NCBI GenBank assembly: GCA_977030845.1
Contig: OZ365116.1
Location: 19,840,001-19,904,000, forward strand
Reading direction: 5' to 3'
DNA length: 64,000 bases
DNA from: Fimbriosthenelais zetlandica
Taxonomy: Eukaryota
In this document: piece after piece, positions 61,129 to 64,000 of the stretch
Position numbering within the stretch: position 1 is the stretch's first letter
How the letters are laid out: each line of letters begins with the position of its first letter
Position numbers and translations under genes: made by a program
The notes under the pieces: generated by a model
What the model was told of the DNA's origin: nothing
Seen by the model: only the letters and a program-made list of their open reading frames with translations
Database searches by the model: none

Positions 61129-64000
61129 GATGGACAGGTATCACAATTACTCAAGCGGATCGATCCTTCTTGCCACAAACACACTGGCAGGTGTAAATAC
61201 ATAGCCACTTTTTCCATGTACATTCCCGGCCTCTTTACACTCGCCTTTCTATCGGCAGGCCTGGGAAACCAAAACCGTTGGCTTTTTTCCACTGAGTATC
61301 CAGGTTAGATGTAATGCATGTTCTGCCACCTTAATGCATCATTATTCTGTGGCTTCTTCACATATCAAACAAGATGGATCTGTTCCATGTTCCTTCACAG
61401 ATTAAATTCATTTCACATCAGGACATTGGATAAAAAAAACACCCATGTTCTCTGTCATTCCTATTATGAACAGGTTGATAGATGGTGATCACATCTTGAG
61501 ATGTTAAAGATCGTCCTTTAAGGCCTTGCTAAATGAATGTTGCTTTGAATATAAAGAATTAAACACACTCAGCAGGTTTCCTCAAGGATTCTTATCAACT
61601 CCAAATGGAATCATTTCAATTGCATAGGCAAACCAATTTCATGTGAACTAGTTTAGCATAATACTTCGTAATGGAAAATTCATAGGAAGTACTCAAAGAT
61701 TGGCCAATAAGGCCTATATAAGAACAGGCAAAGACCTCCAAATACAATGAAGTAGTATCAAAACATAGCCACTTGTAAACCAAATGTACTGTTTGCCAAT
61801 TGCATATTTTTTTCTATGCACAATGATATAGGACATAACGTTTAAATCATGCATGAGGGGATAATAATTAAATCATCCATGTAGTTTATAACAGGGCTCC
61901 ATGCCAGAGTACTGATGGATGTAATCTTCACACAATTAAAGGCTTCTTGTAGATCCAGGCTAGGCCTCCAATACTCCAGTGTCTATAGACTCAGGCTTAG
62001 TAAAGCACATAAAGGCCATGAACAATGTCAGGACGTCTGCTCCCCGGATCAACATGGGTAATTAACTGGAGTAGCCCAACGTTTAGCCTGGAACCAGGAA
62101 CCTCCTTCAAAATTATTAATGCAAAGTTTAATATAAAATGGGCCCAGATAAAGCCTTATCTGTTCTTTATTATTCCAACTGGTCTATGGGCACAAATCCC
62201 TCGTCCATTTGATATTCAAGATATTAATTTTCAATTTATAATATCCGCAGTATTTGTAAATGGATAGTAAACACAGATTGAATACTGTATTGGCGGGATC
62301 AGCAGTATGTAGGGTAAAATCCAGGTACAAATCAATGAAATGATGGTATCCTTGCTCGATGTTTGATAATAGAGAAAAATTCAAATGACTCAGCTTTGCA
62401 TACCACGTTGATAATGAGGCATATCCAGAAATCAATAGACCAGTATTATAGGGGCACAGCTGACTATAGGATTATAGGCCAATGTATGGATTGGAAGAGC
62501 AATAATAATAGGTTATTAGAAATTCCTGAGCATACACAAATGTATGTACGAAGTACTGGTAGTACAGATACAAATGATGCAAGACAGGAACCAACGTACA
62601 CATGGACATAGAAACACAGGCGTGTCTATGGGTTCACATATCCTTTTCCTCTTCCAGTGTCATTTTTCTCACATGCCCCTTTAACATAGAAATCCTAATG
62701 TGTCAGTGGGTGGAGGCATAACAGTCCTTGCACATTTAAACCGGCTGCTTAACCCCAACCACACGGGGCAATCCAACAATTCCACAGTTCGTGACAATGT
62801 ATATAAAACCAATTAACCCCTGCCATCAAAGTGGGGCTTTGACTGATTTAAATTCAGGATCCTGGCATAGTTTGTTTATATATGTGCATACAAAGTATCC
62901 GGATCCAAGGTATAAGGTTGGTTTAGGCATTACGTTGTGTTGAATGCATAGGTAGATTGTAATAGTAGTTGCTTGGTTATACAGATCTATTAGTGCCCAT
63001 CTCTCACCTCTTCTCTCTCACTGCTTTCAATGGTGAGGTAACTGACATGGGGTAAGAGTACAGTACATACACACATGTACATGGAGAGCCTACCTACTGG
63101 CCTTACAGCATCACGAGTAACATGGGGGCTACAGTATGGAGTCTATCCATCCACCCTCCACTCTATACCTCCTTCCTTCGTCTCAACCTCCTCCTCATTC
63201 TTCTTCTACTTCTCTTGCACTCTCTCTCCACTTCTCCCATCCAACCAACAACTAACCTCATGACAGATATATATCTCTCCCAGGCTCCATTTTATAAATA
63301 TCCGAGCATGTTTACATTCAGTTTGAATCCCATGCATCCCTTAACTCTGGGTGCATTAATACAACTCCAGTGCATTGCACGATGCTATTGCATTAATGTC
63401 CTTGCAAAAGTCTTCTTGCAGCTGCTCTATGGGATTGCATGGCTGGGTGTATGTGCGATCATATATGATGGCTCACATGTTAAAGCATCTGCCTTTCGTT
63501 AAGAGTAGGAAGAGTAGGAGGAGTTGTTGGAAGTGGAGTGGAATACACAATGTGTACACATACACACGACTGATGGGTGTATATAGTGTATGTGTGTGAG
63601 TGAGTGTGTGAGTGAGGAGTGGCGGGAGATCTCTACTTTACTCTCAGATAGTGACACCCAAGGCTGCCTTTCACATTCAATCTTAACTTTTTTTACATAG
63701 GAAAAGACGGAGAATAGTAATTGTAAGATAGTGAAAGTTAGTTTCTTGCTTTAAGCAATGTTGTCAGTGACAATGCCTTGAGGGGGAGTGGTCTTCAGGT
63801 TACAGATAGCCATGTTACGAGTCTACGTGGATTGAAGAAACTTGTATTATGTATATGTCTGCCAGGAGTATGGGAGGAGGGGGGATGCTTCCTATAGGTG
63901 ATGAAAAGTGAGAGTGGTGACAAGGTCACCTATATATCATATCCCCAACTCTTTTTTGTGTGATAGAGTTACCCAAATCCTTCCCATGAATCTTCTGGCG

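Noticed and set aside
20165-62267. Similar peptides LFLIGFSGFWVHIPRPF (20165 ORF) and LFFIIPTGLWAQIPRPF (62025 ORF)
   Set aside because: 10 of 17 identity does not extend, and about one such match is expected among the roughly 10,000 ORF residues. A tblastx self-comparison would settle it.
1-64000. The roughly 100 other ORFs of 60-139 aa in the track
   Set aside because: With about 6% stop codons per codon over six frames, on the order of 100 ORFs of 60 aa or more and about one of 140 aa are expected by chance. I recognised no domain, RT, transposase or capsid motif in them.
1-64000. CRISPR arrays, operons, prophage or other prokaryotic systems
   Set aside because: The window is a spliceosomal-intron animal locus with no repeat-spacer array or dense coding.

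Overview
Eukaryotic (animal, most likely invertebrate bilaterian) genomic DNA, roughly 40% GC by eye, CpG-poor except in short islets and in the first coding exon. Almost the whole window is the 5' end of one minus-strand neuron navigator gene (NAV2/NAV3, unc-53, sickie family). I found three coding exons by hand, all with canonical splice sites that join in frame: 61128-60571 (186 aa low-complexity N-terminus), 13533-13416 and 7822-7770 (start of the calponin-homology domain, IYTDWANHYLEKARNKRVITDLQVDICDGVILAEVIEAVTNQKVRDIKAKPRNSQQM). Intron 1 is 47,037 nt, intron 2 is 5,593 nt, and intron 3 appears to run off the left edge. An intact tRNA-Ile(AAT) gene sits antisense in intron 1. The best leads are inside intron 1: a recursive-splicing-like AG|GT site with a 34-nt poison exon near the midpoint, an in-frame candidate alternative first exon, DR5/DR0/DR1 nuclear-receptor elements (human NAV2 is retinoic-acid inducible), an unexplained GAGCWGCTC palindrome seen 12 times across the gene, and CTCF-like sites including a pair flanking the tRNA. 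I could not identify any transposon, virus, CRISPR array or second protein gene. The rest of the ORF track is consistent with chance. Motif expectations below are hand estimates from about 41% GC, not computed backgrounds.
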